Assembly: GCA_963706595.1 (NCBI GenBank)
Contig: OY970166.1
Span: 4,480,001 to 4,544,000, forward strand
DNA length: 64,000 nucleotides
DNA from: an uncultured cyanobacterium
GTDB lineage: Bacteria > Cyanobacteriota > Cyanobacteriia > Cyanobacteriales > Nostocaceae
Direction: 5' to 3'
Shown here: positions 31,243 through 43,075 of the stretch, piece after piece
Layout of the letters: every line of letters starts with the position of its first letter
How positions within the stretch are numbered: position 1 is the stretch's first letter
Program-made: the position numbers and the translations under genes
Notes under the pieces: generated by a model
Told to the model about the DNA's origin: nothing
Databases searched by the model: none
Seen by the model: only the letters and a program-made list of their open reading frames with translations

Positions 31243-31660
31243 ACCTAACCCCAACCCCTTCCCACCTCCTATAAGGCTACCGTGTACACACAAGTGGGGA
31301 AATTCTCTTTTGTGTCATAAGACCCCACCCCCAGCCCCTCCCCGCAAGCGAGGAGGGGAGCAGGATTTTTGTTTGAATACTGTTTCTAGGGCTGAAAATT
31401 AGCTCTAGTCCAATTTGTGTATACACCGTAGCTTCCTATAAGGAGGGGGAAAAGGAATAAATAAATAATAGGCTTTTTCAGCCTCTCTCCTCGCAGGGCT
31501 AAGATATACAAACATCCTGAACCCAAGAGAGTTTCTAGTCCTCAAAACAAGATTTCCGCTTAAATATTGTTCCCCTCCTCGCTTGCGGGGAGGGGTTAGG
31601 GGTGGGGTCTTTCCCGACTTGTGTTCTCGCTTGCGGGGAGGGGCTAGGGGTGGGGTCTTA
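31243..31660. repeat. Cluster of CCCCACCCCAGCCCCTCCCCGCAAGCGAGGAGGGG-type palindromic repeats in both orientations
   Basis: Copies near 31323, 31570 (rc) and 31627 (rc); further copies near 34467 and 40830. Confidence 0.8.
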
Positions 31661-31886
31661 TTACACAAAATGGAAGGTACAAGATATGTGTTTTGACTAT
31701 TCCTAGAGGGAGATCCATACATTTAGTATCATGCGACCTTAGCCAGATGGAATCAGAGGTTGAGATTTTTAAGCTGAATATAGTAAGAACCGAAATATAA
31801 CAGGTGTAAAAACCGTATCGAACTTAACTTGCGCGGTGATACGGAATTTAAAACCCGTGCGGGTATTTCTCAATCATTAATTCATT

Positions 31887-33233
31887 ATGGTAGACGCAAC
31901 TATCACCAGCATAGTCGATGCGGTGCGTGGGTATGCCCACCGATTAACAGGCGCAGATCAAGACTACGATCCATTAATGAATTTAATCGGCAACGCGCGT
32001 TTTGTCTTGATTGGCGAAGCCTCCCACGGGACTCATGAATTTTACGAACAACGGGCGGAAATTACCAAGCGACTAATTCAAGAAAAGGGGTTTACAGCCG
32101 TAGCGGTGGAAGCGGATTGGCCTGATGCTTACCGAGTAAATCGTTATGTGCAGGGTGTCGATGATGACCCCACACCAGCCGAAGCACTCTTAAATTTTCA
32201 ACGCTTCCCTTTATGGATGTGGCGGAATACAGATGTGCTAAATTTTGTCGGCTGGTTACGGGAATACAATGATCGTTTACCCAAAAAGGCCATTAAAACG
32301 GGTTTTTATGGGTTAGACCTTTATAGTATGTACGCTTCCATAGAAGCAGTTCTCGGCTACCTGAATCAAGTTGACCCCGAAGCCGCCCAACGCGCGCGCG
32401 ATCGCTATTCATGTTTAGAGCATTTTGGCGAAGATGCTCAACAATATGGGTATGCTACCAGTTTTGGCATTGCTAAATCTTGTGAGGAACAAGTAATTAA
32501 TCAACTGCAAGAATTGCAACGTCGGACTGCCGAATACGTGCAGAAAGACGGGCGAGTTCAGGCTGATGAGTTGTTTTATGCCGAACAAAATGCTCGATTA
32601 GTCAAAAACGCTGAACATTACTACCGCTCGATGTTTCAAGGGCGAGTCTCTTCTTGGAATATACGCGATCGCCACATGGCGGAAACCTTAGACCAGCTGG
32701 TGGAACATTTGGATCAACAACATCCCCAAGCCAAAGTTGTGGTTTGGGAACACAACTCCCATTTAGGTGACGCACGCGCCACTGATATGGGGTCAATGGG
32801 TGAGGTGAATGTTGGTCAATTGGTCAAAGAACGCTATGGCGATCAGGCTGTAAATATCGGATTTACCACCTATACGGGTACTGTCACCGCAGTTTCTAAC
32901 TGGGGAGAAACGGCTCAACTCAAACAGGTTCGCTCTGCCTTACCTGGAAGTTATGAAGCTTTATTTCATGAGACGGAAATACCCCAATTTTACCTCAACC
33001 TCCGGGATGAGAATCAAGCAATTGTGGGTTTACGACAACCCCGGCTAGAAAGAGCAATCGGTGTGATTTACCAACCGGAAACTGAGCGTGTGAGTCACTA
33101 CTTCCATGCTTGTCTCCCCCAACAATTTGATGCGGTGATTTCTATTGATGATACCAAGGGAGTCCAACCTCTAGACCGTGTTCCTACCTGGGAAATGCGG
33201 GACGCACCAGAGACTTTTCCCTTTGGTGTTTAG
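31887..33233 (+). CDS. Erythromycin esterase family protein
   Basis: IGEASHGTHEFY, AVEADWPD, FP.WMWRN, WNIRDRHM, WEHNSHLGDA, ERAIGVIY. Confidence 0.88.
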   Translation: MVDATITSIVDAVRGYAHRLTGADQDYDPLMNLIGNARFVLIGEASHGTHEFYEQRAEITKRLIQEKGFTAVAVEADWPDAYRVNRYVQGVDDDPTPAEALLNFQRFPLWMWRNTDVLNFVGWLREYNDRLPKKAIKTGFYGLDLYSMYASIEAVLGYLNQVDPEAAQRARDRYSCLEHFGEDAQQYGYATSFGIAKSCEEQVINQLQELQRRTAEYVQKDGRVQADELFYAEQNARLVKNAEHYYRSMFQGRVSSWNIRDRHMAETLDQLVEHLDQQHPQAKVVVWEHNSHLGDARATDMGSMGEVNVGQLVKERYGDQAVNIGFTTYTGTVTAVSNWGETAQLKQVRSALPGSYEALFHETEIPQFYLNLRDENQAIVGLRQPRLERAIGVIYQPETERVSHYFHACLPQQFDAVISIDDTKGVQPLDRVPTWEMRDAPETFPFGV

Positions 33234-33275
33234 ACAAACTATTGATAACTTCAACGCCAGTTACAAACTCCAGCT

Positions 33276-33852
33276 ATGACAAATCTTGACCCCATGAGAA
33301 TGGGAACGCGCTTGGCCAGGAATTGGTGGACAGTTGCATTACGAGGTGCGATCGCGATCATCTTTGGTTTAGCAGCCCTCTTCTGGCCAGATATTACCCT
33401 CACAGCTTTGATATTTATCTTTGCTGCCTTTGTCTTAGTCAGTGGAGTATTATTAGCGATCGCTGCCTTCCGAGATGGTCTAACTCATACCCACGGTTGG
33501 CTAATGTTGCTCGAAGGTGCAATTGGTATTGCGATTGGAATCATGGCTTTTATCTGGCCAGGGATTACAGCATTAGTCTTACTTTACATCATCGCAGCTT
33601 GGGCGATCGTCACTGGCGTTTTAGAAATCATCGCAGCCATTCAGGTACGAAAAGAAATTCAAAATGAGTGGCTACTAGCCATCAGCCGGCATTGCGTCGG
33701 TATTGTTCGGCGTTTTACTCATCGTCTGGCCTATTGCTGGTGCGTTAGCAATTCTGTGGATTATTGGTGCTTACGCCATTATTTTCGGTATCTTACTTCT
33801 GATTCTGGCTTTTCGCCTTCGTACTTGGGGAACTGAACGCAGCATTTTTTAA
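33276..33852 (+). CDS. HdeD/DUF308 membrane protein; +1 frameshift near 33684
   Basis: NWW...[23 protein letters not shown]. Removing one A (ATC A GCC GGC) restores GIASVLFG...LAFRLR to TAA at 33852. Confidence 0.8.
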
Positions 33853-33883
33853 ACACTTCAACAATTAATTGGAGATAAAAATC

Positions 33884-34381
33884 ATGGTATTAAGTCGCTG
33901 GGAACCTTTTAGAGAAATAGAAACCATCCAACGCCAAATGAATCGTCTACTTGATCAAATCACACCCTCAACTGATACAGGCGAAATCATCAGCGATAGA
34001 TTGACATTTGTACCTCCAGCAGAATTGGAAGAAACATCTGATGATATCAAACTGTGGATGGAAATTCCTGGGATTGACCCCCAAAACTTAGATGTCAAAG
34101 TTGCCGCAGATACGGTTTCTGTAACTGGTGAACGTAAATGTGAAATCAAGGACGAACAAAAAAGAGGTATGCGGCGTTCAGAGTTTCGTTATGGCAGATT
34201 TCAAAGAGTAATACCTCTACCATCTCGAATCCAAAACGATAAAGTACAAGCTGACTTTCAGAATGGTGTTTTGTGTCTCACCATGCCAAAAGCCGAAGAA
34301 GAAAAAACCAGAGTTGTGACTGTTCAGTTACCAGGACAAAGCCAACAAGGGCAAATTTCCGGAGGTCAAAAACAGAAATAA
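33884..34381 (+). CDS. Hsp20/alpha-crystallin small heat-shock protein
   Basis: RWEPFREI, EIPGI, SEFRYGRFQRVIPLP, NGVL.LT.PK. Confidence 0.92.
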   Translation: MVLSRWEPFREIETIQRQMNRLLDQITPSTDTGEIISDRLTFVPPAELEETSDDIKLWMEIPGIDPQNLDVKVAADTVSVTGERKCEIKDEQKRGMRRSEFRYGRFQRVIPLPSRIQNDKVQADFQNGVLCLTMPKAEEEKTRVVTVQLPGQSQQGQISGGQKQK

Positions 34382-34521
34382 AACCATTGTGGGGTGGAAG
34401 TAGCTCATACCAATTATTTGTGAGGCTGCATATTATTTTGACCCCCCCTACACCACAAAAATCCGGTTCCCTCCTCGCTTGCGGGGAGGGTTAGGGAGGG
34501 GTTATTTTTATGCATCTTTAT

Positions 34522-34613
34522 TAGGACTTACGCAGACTCTGCGTTTTCTTGGCGTTCTTGGCGACTTGGCGGTTTAATAAATCAAGATTCTTGGTAATTT
34601 TTGCGTAAGTCCT
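34522..34613. mobile_element. MITE with TIR AGGACTTACGCA/TGCGTAAGTCCT
   Basis: 12-bp inverted termini; related ends occur at 17174, 40780, 41212, 60003 and 60356. Confidence 0.7.
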
Positions 34614-34654
34614 GTTTATATGAAATTGGTATCAAACTTAAAAAACGTAATATC

Positions 34655-34697
34655 CAGAATATCCAGATCCCCGACTTCTCAAAGAAGTCGGGGATCT
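34655..34697. terminator. Strong hairpin AGATCCCCGACTTCT/AGAAGTCGGGGATCT between convergent hsp20 and hisD
   Basis: 15-bp perfect stem; a second copy lies near 58497-58529 between convergent genes. Confidence 0.65.
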
Positions 34698-34703
34698 ATA
34701 TCG

Positions 34704-35987
34704 TCAAGGTTTTATGCGAATAGAAACGCTACCGCCATGAGCTGGTAAACCTTCGGCTGCTGCTAGAGTTACGGCGGCTTTACCGATGGTTTGCAGGGCT
34801 TGTTGATTACATTCTAAATAAGTAATGCGCTTGAGAAAGTCGTACACACTCAACCCAGAAGCAAAACGTGCAGAACGGGCGGTAGGTAGAACATGATTTG
34901 GTCCCCCTAAATAATCGCCAATGGCTTCTGGGGTATAACGTCCTAAAAATATACTCCCAGCAGACTTAATTTGATTAGCAAGTTCCTGGGGATGATCTAC
35001 GCATAATTCTACGTGTTCGGGAGCTAACTGATTTAGTAGGGGGATACTATCAGCTAAATCTTCTACCAGAATGATTGCACCATGCTGTTCCCAACTGGTT
35101 TTAGCTACTTCCTTTGTAGGTAGATTTACGAGAATTTCCTCAATGGCTGCTAAAACTTGATCAGCAAAGCTGGCAGAATCAGTAATTAAAATAGATTGGG
35201 CGCTGGGGTCGTGTTCGGCTTGCGAAAGTAAATCCCAGGCTATCCATTCTGGGTTATTTTGGCTATCTGCTACCACCAAAATTTCCGAAGGTCCGGCTAC
35301 GCTGTCAATACCTACAGTCCCAAATACCTGACGTTTCGCTTCTGCAACATAGGCGTTACCAGGACCGACAATTTTATCTACAGGGTTCAGGCTTTCTGTA
35401 CCATAAGCTAAAGCGGCGATCGCCTGCGCCCCTCCAATACTATAAATTTCCTTCACCCCGGCAATTTGGGCGGCTGCGAGTACAGCCGGATTAATCTCAC
35501 CGCGAGGCATAGGTACTGCCATGACGATTCTTTCCACACCCGCAATTTTGGCAGGTAAAGCGTTCATTAAGACAGAACTCGGATAACTGGCGCGTCCTCC
35601 AGGGACATAAATCCCCACCTGAGATAAAGCCACCCAATTTAATCCCAGTTTCACCCCGGCTGTATCCGTATAGCCAATATTTTCGGGTAGTTGCTTTTGA
35701 TGAAAAAAACTAATTCTTTCTGCTGCTAATTCCAGCGCATCCTTGACATCTGGCGGACATTGTGCTGCGCGTTCTGCAATAAAATCAGCACTTAGATGTA
35801 AAGAAGGGGGAGAGTAATGATCAAACTTAGTAGTATATTCCTGAACTGCGGCATCACCGCGCACTTTCACATCAGCGAGAATATCTTTAACTGTACCACT
35901 AACATCAACCGTTGCTTCGCGGCGATCGCTCACCAGCGCCTTGAATCTAACAGAAAAATCTTGATCGGTTGTTTTAAGTAGCTGCAT
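34704..35987 (-). CDS. hisD: Histidinol dehydrogenase
   Basis: GIYVPGG.A.YPSSVLM, GGAQAIAALAYG, GPGNAYV, AGPSE, QAEHD, APEH, GPNHVLPT. Confidence 0.96.
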   Translation of the reverse strand: MQLLKTTDQDFSVRFKALVSDRREATVDVSGTVKDILADVKVRGDAAVQEYTTKFDHYSPPSLHLSADFIAERAAQCPPDVKDALELAAERISFFHQKQLPENIGYTDTAGVKLGLNWVALSQVGIYVPGGRASYPSSVLMNALPAKIAGVERIVMAVPMPRGEINPAVLAAAQIAGVKEIYSIGGAQAIAALAYGTESLNPVDKIVGPGNAYVAEAKRQVFGTVGIDSVAGPSEILVVADSQNNPEWIAWDLLSQAEHDPSAQSILITDSASFADQVLAAIEEILVNLPTKEVAKTSWEQHGAIILVEDLADSIPLLNQLAPEHVELCVDHPQELANQIKSAGSIFLGRYTPEAIGDYLGGPNHVLPTARSARFASGLSVYDFLKRITYLECNQQALQTIGKAAVTLAAAEGLPAHGGSVSIRIKP

Positions 35988-36607
35988 AGACTATATCTCT
36001 GAACTAGTGCGGGTTTTACCGTAATCATTATATTAATAATAATTTAGCTTCAATGGTGGATTTTATTTATGCCCCGTTGTGCTGTAACAACTATTCTGAG
36101 ACTGTCTTCTTAGAGGATGTTTTAAAAGTTTTGGGCGAATATAATATGGCTACGCTTCGCGTTAGCGATACCCTACTAACGAGAAACTCAGGATTTTCAA
36201 CCCACGTAGGTGGGTTTTGTCTGTGTAGCCGCGACTTCTAGTCGCCAGGGCTAGTAATAATCGATACCTTACTTTCTTCCTTTGCGCCTTTGCGCCTAAC
36301 GTACTTCGTACTTCGCTTCGCTGATGCGTGAGATATAAAAATGTGGTTCATTGATCTGAAAATCGCTGTAAACAGCTTAATTCCATCATAAGACTGTACA
36401 CAAAAAATTAACTTACATTTTTTTAACTCATATTCTCTGCGACTCTGCGCCTCTGCGCCTCTGCGTGAAATAAAATCACTTCTCGTCTAATTTGTCAATG
36501 GTGAATTTTATCTAAATCTGTCAAACGGTTTTAGCTAGAGTAGAACCAGAGTCATCAAACTTTAATTAAAAATAAACGATTTTCCGAAACCTGCTCGGCT
36601 GAAAATA

Positions 36608-39600
36608 ATGAACTCTCAATCCAACTCTTCTGACGGGAAACAGGTTAGCCAAAACGAATTATTTCCCGTTGTGGGAATGGGTGCTTCTGCGGGAGGATTA
36701 GAGGCATTTAGAGAACTACTCAGCCATTTACCTACTAATACAGGTATGGCCTTTGTCTTAATTCAGCATCTCAGCCCCAATCAAAAAAGTTTGTTGACAG
36801 AAATTCTCTCTCGCACCACCCAAATGCCTGTGGTAGAAGTAGAGCATGGCATGGTTGTGGAACCAAATCATGTGTATGTAATTCCGCCCAACAGGATGAT
36901 GACCATTAGTCAAGGAATCCTGCAACTGACTCTACGAGAAAAGACGCATGGATTTTCCATGACAGTTGATACTTTCTTTATTTCTTTAGCCGAAGAACGG
37001 GGAAACAAAGCCATTGGGGTTGTACTGTCCGGGGGTGACTCCGACGGCACAAAGGGACTAGAATCAATCAAAGCGGCTGGGGGAATTACTTTTGCTCAGT
37101 GTGAAGAATCGGCAAAAGTTAATAGTATGCCGAATACAGCCGTGGCTTCTGGATATGTAGATTTTATTCTGACACCCAAACAAATTGCCGCAGAATTAGC
37201 TAATATCAGTCATCATCCCTACGTTAATCATCCCACCTCAGTTAAAGCCATAGATACAATCCCTGAAACCGGAGATGCTTTAACAAACATCTTCAGTCTG
37301 CTGCGAACTGCGACCAAAGTTGACTTTAGCCATTACAAGAACACAACCCTGAAGCGGCGCATCCAGCGACGGATGATGTTATCTAAACTAGACAGGCTAG
37401 AAGATTACGTCACTTATTTGCAAGAGAACCCGGCGCAAATTAAAGCTTTATATCAAGATTTACTAATTACTGTCACCAGTTTTTTCCGCGATTCCGAAGC
37501 CTTTGAAGCCTTAAAGACAGAAATTTTTCCCATAATTACCAAAAATAGAACCCCAAACTCACCCATCCGCATTTGGGTAGCTGGTTGTTCCACAGGTGAA
37601 GAAGCCTACTCTATCGCTATCTGCTTGCTAGAGTTTTTAACTAATCAGGGAATTAATATTCCCATCCAGATTTTTGCCACCGATATCAACGAATCAGCAA
37701 TTGAACAAGCTCGCAACGGTATTTATAAAATAAATCAAGTAGCAAATATTTCACCAGAACGGCTCCAGCGCTTCTTTGTCCCCGTCGAGGGCGGTTATCA
37801 AATTAGCAAGCCAGTGCGGGAACTGTGCGTTTTTGCCAGACAAAACCTGATTGGCGACCCCCCATTTTCCCGGTTGGATTTAATTACCTGTCGCAATGTG
37901 CTAATTTATTTGGGCAGCGCCGTGCAGAAAAAGCTGCTGCCGATTTTCCACTACGGTCTGAATGCCAATGGTTTTTTGATGTTAGGCACATCGGAAACAG
38001 TCGGTGATTTCCCGGACTTGTTTGCTTTAGTGGATAGAAAGAATAAGATATATTCCCGGAAAATTACTGCAACTCGCTTGGGTATGGATCTGATTACCAA
38101 CAACTATCCTTTAGAAACTGTCAACACCCAGCCACCAGTCAGCGCAGATACTTGGAATGATGTAGAACTATATAAAGCAGCTGATCTAATTGTGTTAAAT
38201 GACTACGCTCCGGTGGGTGTAATTATTAACGAAGATTGGGAAATTTTGCAATTCCGGGGAAATACCAGTCCTTTTCTGCAACCACCACTAGGCAGACCCA
38301 ATTTTAACTTACTGAAGATGGCGAAAGATGAATTACGGTTAGAGTTACGTACCGCTATTCATCAAGCCAAAAATAGAGAAGTGCCGGTGAGTAAGTCAGG
38401 CATACAAATGAGAGATCATGAGCAAGTCAAGCAGGTAAAAATTGATGTTGTGCCATTTAAACCTCCTGCGGCTAGAGAATGGTACTTTTTAGTGCTGTTT
38501 GCATCATCATCCTCCCCAACCCCTATTTTAGAGGCTGTTAGCCCTCCTGGGCGGACTGGGCGACGCAAGCCCAACGAGCAAGAGCAGGAGATTAAGCGAC
38601 TTAAACAAGAGTTAGCAGCTAATAAAGAGTATCTGCAATCAATTATTGAAGAGCAGCAAGCTACTAATGAAGATTTACGAGCCGCTAACGAAGAAATTCT
38701 CTCCAGCAACGAAGAATTACAAAGCACCAATGAGGAATTAGAAACAGCCAAGGAAGAAATTCAGGCTACCAACGAAGAACTGAATACGATTAACGACGAA
38801 CTGCATCGGCGTAATATCCAGTCAAACGAAGTCACCAACGATTTACAAAATCTCCTCAGCAGTATTAATATTCCCATCCTGATGTTGGGAGGAAATCTGC
38901 AAATTCGCCGCTATACCCCAGTAGCTGAGAAAATTTTTAACCTGATTTCCAGTGATATGGGGCGACCAATCAGTGATATTAATCACAACTTGAATATTCC
39001 TGACTTAGAGAAACAAATTTTAGATGTAATTGGTACTCTCAATTTTAAAACGCAAGAAGTTCAAGACAAAAACGGGCGTTGGTATGATTTGCGGATTCGA
39101 CCTTATCGGACAATAGACAACAAAATTGATGGGGCTGTGGTGATTTTAGTTGATATTGACGACCTCAAACGCAGTTCGGAACTGATTAGAACATCCAGAG
39201 ATTATGTGCAGGCCATTGTGGATACGATGCGCGAATCTCTCGTGGTGCTAGATGTCAACTTACGAGTAATCAGCGCCAATCAATTTTTCTATGATACTTT
39301 CCAGGTTCTACCAGCAGAAACAGAACAACGCCTGGTTTACGAAATCGGGAATGGACAGTGGAATATTCCCCAGTTGCGATCGCTTTTAGAAGAAATTCTC
39401 CCATATCAAAACCAGTTTCAAGGTCTGGAAGTTGAACACAACTTTGAGCAAATTGGACACAAAATCATGCGGCTCAATGCCCGAAAAATGACCCTAACAG
39501 ACAATAGGGAAATGATTCTGCTGGTAATTGAAGACATTACTCAGCAAAAGCAATTAGAAGCAGAACGCACCCACCTTTTAGGTCAAGAACAGTCAGCTCG

Positions 39601-40781
39601 CAATGCTGCGGAAGCCGCCAACCGCGCCAAAGATGAGTTTTTATCGATTCTCTCCCACGAACTGCGGAACCCACTTAATTCTATGCTGGGCTGGTCGAAG
39701 TTATTACAGAAGAAGCAATTTGATCAAGCGACAATTAATAAGGGGTTAGCAGCCATTGAGCGCAGCGCCCAAGCTCAAGCTCATCTAATTACAGATTTGT
39801 TAGATATCTCCCGCATTAGTGCCGGGAGGCTGCGGATGGATGCCCAAAAACTTGATCTGGTTTCCGTAATTGAATCTGCTATGGAGGTTGTCCGGTTCTC
39901 AGCCGAAGCCAAAAATATTCAAATTGAATCCCAGCTAACTCCTGCACCCAAAAGTATGGTAGGCGATGCAAATCGCTTACAGCAGGTGTTTTGGAATTTA
40001 CTTTCTAACGCCATAAAATTCACCCCAACCGGGGGTAAAGTTGCCATTACCCTAAATTACACTGATTTTCAGGCTGAGATTCAAATCAGCGACACTGGTT
40101 ATGGCATTAGTGCTGACTTTCTTCCCTACATCTTTGAGCGATTCCGTCAAGCAGATGGTAGCAGAACTCGCTCGAACCCTGGATTGGGACTGGGGCTTTC
40201 CATTGTTCGCTATTTGCTAGAACTCCACGGCGGTACAATTGAAGCCGAAAGCCAGGGTGAAGGTCAAGGGGCAACTTTTACCGTCAGGCTACCTCTGCAA
40301 GCTCCCAAGGAACAGATATCTCTGCCCACATCCACCAAACCAGCCGCCTGCACAAATCAGCTAGAATTGCCAACTGGAGGAAATTCCATCTCTGGAAGGA
40401 GTGCGGGTATTAGTCGTGGATGATCAAGCAGATATATGTCAGTTATTTAAAGCAGTATTAGAAGAGTACGGCGCGCAAATGACAGGAGTCGAATCAGCAA
40501 AAGAAGCTTTAGCAACGCTGAGAGCCAACCCCGGTGGCTACGATGTACTTTTATCGGATATTGGTTTACCAGAAGAGGACGGTTATAGCTTAATTCGTCA
40601 GGTGAGAGAGTTGAGTCCTGAAGCCGGTGGACAAATTCCCGCCGCCGCCCTCACCGCCTACGCGGAATATGCAGACCAGACAGAAGCTTTAGCCGCAGGG
40701 TTTCAAATGCACGTCGCTAAACCCATTCCGCCTGCTCAATTATTATCTATAGTTGCTACTTTGGCTGGGAGATTGAAGTAG
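36608..40781 (+). CDS. CheB/CheR-PAS-histidine kinase-receiver hybrid; +1 frameshift near 40376 detaches the receiver domain
   Basis: GASAGGLEA (CheB), AGCSTGEEAYS and CRNVLIY (CheR), NEELQSTNEEL coil, SHELRNPL. The other frame reads EEIPSLEGVRVLVVDD into 40401-40781. Confidence 0.88.
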
Positions 40782-41224
40782 GACTTATATCATGTCTGTT
40801 TAATTAGTTACGATTACCACAATCATGTCACCCCACCCCTAGCCCCTCCCCGCAAGCGAGGAGGGGAACCGGATTTACAGCCAGTAGGGTGGGTTAGCGC
40901 AGCGTAACCCACCTTAAATTGAAGGATAATGGTGGGTTACGGACTACCGTCCTAACCCACCCTACTAGCGTGGCAAGCTTAAAATAGTGCATTAGGAAAA
41001 AGCCGAAAACATTGATTTATCTGAATTTTCTCAAAAATCTATTGCAACATTTTAGCCTTGCCACGCTACTACGTCACCAAAATAGCCAATTTCCGGCTTT
41101 GAAAAATGATGATGTTGATAGTAAATATACCCGTTTGGTAAGGGTTTAGCATTGCTAAACCCCTACGAAATATGTGCTTTTTAGTTACACATATTTGGGA
41201 TTTATTGTCAATGCGTAAGTACTA
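40779..41224. repeat. Composite REP/MITE region
   Basis: TAGGACTTA...TGCGTAAGTACTA ends; internal GTAGGGTGGGTTA/TAACCCACCCTAC and TAGCGTGGCAAG/CTTGCCACGCTA inverted pairs. Confidence 0.65.
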
Positions 41225-41418
41225 GGAAGGAAGGAAGAAATCGCTTTGGTGCAGTCTTGAGAAAAACTTAGAACTTACGCAAAAACTCTAGTAAAATCCT
41301 CTTTCCTTTGTGTTCTTTGTATCCTTCTCCCAAAGGGAGAGCCTAGCGCCAATGTGGTATGCGCTACGCGTTAGCGGAGCTTTCGCTTTAGCGATACGTT
41401 CCTCCTAAAAAACACATT

Positions 41419-42717
41419 TCATGCCAACGCAACCCGTAAAACTTGCACCTCTGCTTGTGGAGAAATAACTGTTTGACCCACAGGCAGAACAGCTAAAGCA
41501 TTAGTTTGAGCTAAATTAATTAAATTAGCCGAACTGTGACTACCATCGGCTTTGTGAAATTCATAAACGCCATCAATTAAATGCAAGCTACCCCAAATGT
41601 ATGTTTCTCGCTTGCCGTTGGATTTTAACTCGTGATGCGATCGCACTTTCAGAAATGTCGGTTCCCAACCACCAGCCAAACCCGAAAGCTTCTTAATAGC
41701 TGGTTGCACAAATCGCCAGAAAGTCACCATAGCCGAAACAGGATTTCCCGGTAAACCAAAATAAATTGGGGAGTGGGGAGTAGGGAGTGGGGAGTGGGGA
41801 GTGGGAAAAGTGGCGACGGTGAGGGGTTTACCTGGACTGATGGCTACAGACTGAATATGAATTTTAGCTTCCAGAGATTCCAGGATTTGATCAATATAGT
41901 CATAATCGCCCACAGACACACCACCAGAAGATAAAACTATATCAGCATGAGCGATGGCGTAGGCGATCGCCTCTCTTAAAGTATCTGGATGATCTTTCAC
42001 AATTCCCAATAATAACGGTTCTGCTCCCGCTTCCCTGACTAATGCGGCTAAAGCGTATTGATTAGAATCAACAATTTGACCAGGTTGCAGAGGCTTATCA
42101 GCCGTTACCAACTCATCACCACTAGAAAAAATTGCCACACGGGGACGACGGTAAACACTTAATTTCGCACATTGCGCCGCCGCTAAAACTGCAATTTCTG
42201 GAGGATTTAATTTCACTCCTCTGGGTAATAATTGTTTTCCCCCTTGGTAAAAAGCCCCTTTGTGTCTGACAAATTCCTGTGGTTGGGGTGCAGTCAAAAT
42301 AAATACACGGTTTTCTTCTCGGCGTGTTTTTTCCTGCATTACCACAGTATCCGCCCCGGTTGGCATCACCGCACCTGTAAAAATTCGCGCTGCTTGCCCC
42401 GATTGGACTATGGACTGGGGTTGATATCCTGCGGGAATTTCTTCAATAATTTCTAAACTTGTTGGCTGTGCGTCGCTAGAATGCTGGACATCTTCGTAAC
42501 GAACTGCGTAGCCATCCATTGCGGAATTATCCCAATGGGGAAAATCTAATTTACTGGTGACAGGAGTGGAAATAATTCGTCTGTCTGCTGCCAATAAATC
42601 TATAATTTCTATATCCCGTTGCGAATCTAACGGTTGCACCAAATTTAAAATAATTGCCTCTGCATCGCTAACTGATAGCATGGCCAATGACTCTGACTTT
42701 TCAGGAAAGCATATCAT
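41419..42717 (-). CDS. moeA: Molybdopterin molybdotransferase MoeA/Glp
   Basis: NSAMDGYAV, RIFTGA, GDEL, SGGVSVGDYD, PGKP, GLPGNPVS; true start may be MLSVSDA (42681). Confidence 0.93.
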   Translation of the reverse strand: MICFPEKSESLAMLSVSDAEAIILNLVQPLDSQRDIEIIDLLAADRRIISTPVTSKLDFPHWDNSAMDGYAVRYEDVQHSSDAQPTSLEIIEEIPAGYQPQSIVQSGQAARIFTGAVMPTGADTVVMQEKTRREENRVFILTAPQPQEFVRHKGAFYQGGKQLLPRGVKLNPPEIAVLAAAQCAKLSVYRRPRVAIFSSGDELVTADKPLQPGQIVDSNQYALAALVREAGAEPLLLGIVKDHPDTLREAIAYAIAHADIVLSSGGVSVGDYDYIDQILESLEAKIHIQSVAISPGKPLTVATFPTPHSPLPTPHSPIYFGLPGNPVSAMVTFWRFVQPAIKKLSGLAGGWEPTFLKVRSHHELKSNGKRETYIWGSLHLIDGVYEFHKADGSHSSANLINLAQTNALAVLPVGQTVISPQAEVQVLRVALA

Positions 42718-42733
42718 AATGGCAGTATGAGCG

Positions 42734-42976
42734 ATGACACCTGTAGCTACCCAAATCCCAATTATGACAATTATTCCTATACTAACTGCTATAGGCGATC
42801 GCTCCTGGCAAAATTTTCAAGAACTGGAAGCAGATTTTGTCTCCCAGTATGAGTTGGAAGTGTGGCAAGAAGTTTTTAACTTCCGTGTTTTGCCAGCACT
42901 TGATCAGGATTCTCGTCGCTGGTTACTGGTGCAATGGTGTGGAGAAGGAATTAACTCGGTGCAAAATGTGGCTTAA
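42734..42976 (+). CDS. Small conserved hypothetical protein
   Basis: 80-aa ORF; VWQEVFNFRVLPALD..S.RWLL.QWC. Confidence 0.6.
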   Translation: MTPVATQIPIMTIIPILTAIGDRSWQNFQELEADFVSQYELEVWQEVFNFRVLPALDQDSRRWLLVQWCGEGINSVQNVA

Positions 42977-43075
42977 TTGACGAAATCAGCCAAGCGATCG
43001 CTTCAGTCTTCACTTTAATATAAACAACAGGAGCCATGATTATTTTCCCAAACTAAATAAAAACACCTATTTTTT

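Noticed and set aside
31193..31722. Pro-rich ORFs (KTPPPAPPRKRGGE)
   Set aside because: Translations of the palindromic repeat cluster
40401..40781. Independent response regulator gene
   Set aside because: The typical linker (EIPSLEGVRVLVVDD) continues upstream in frame; better explained as the frameshifted end of the hybrid kinase
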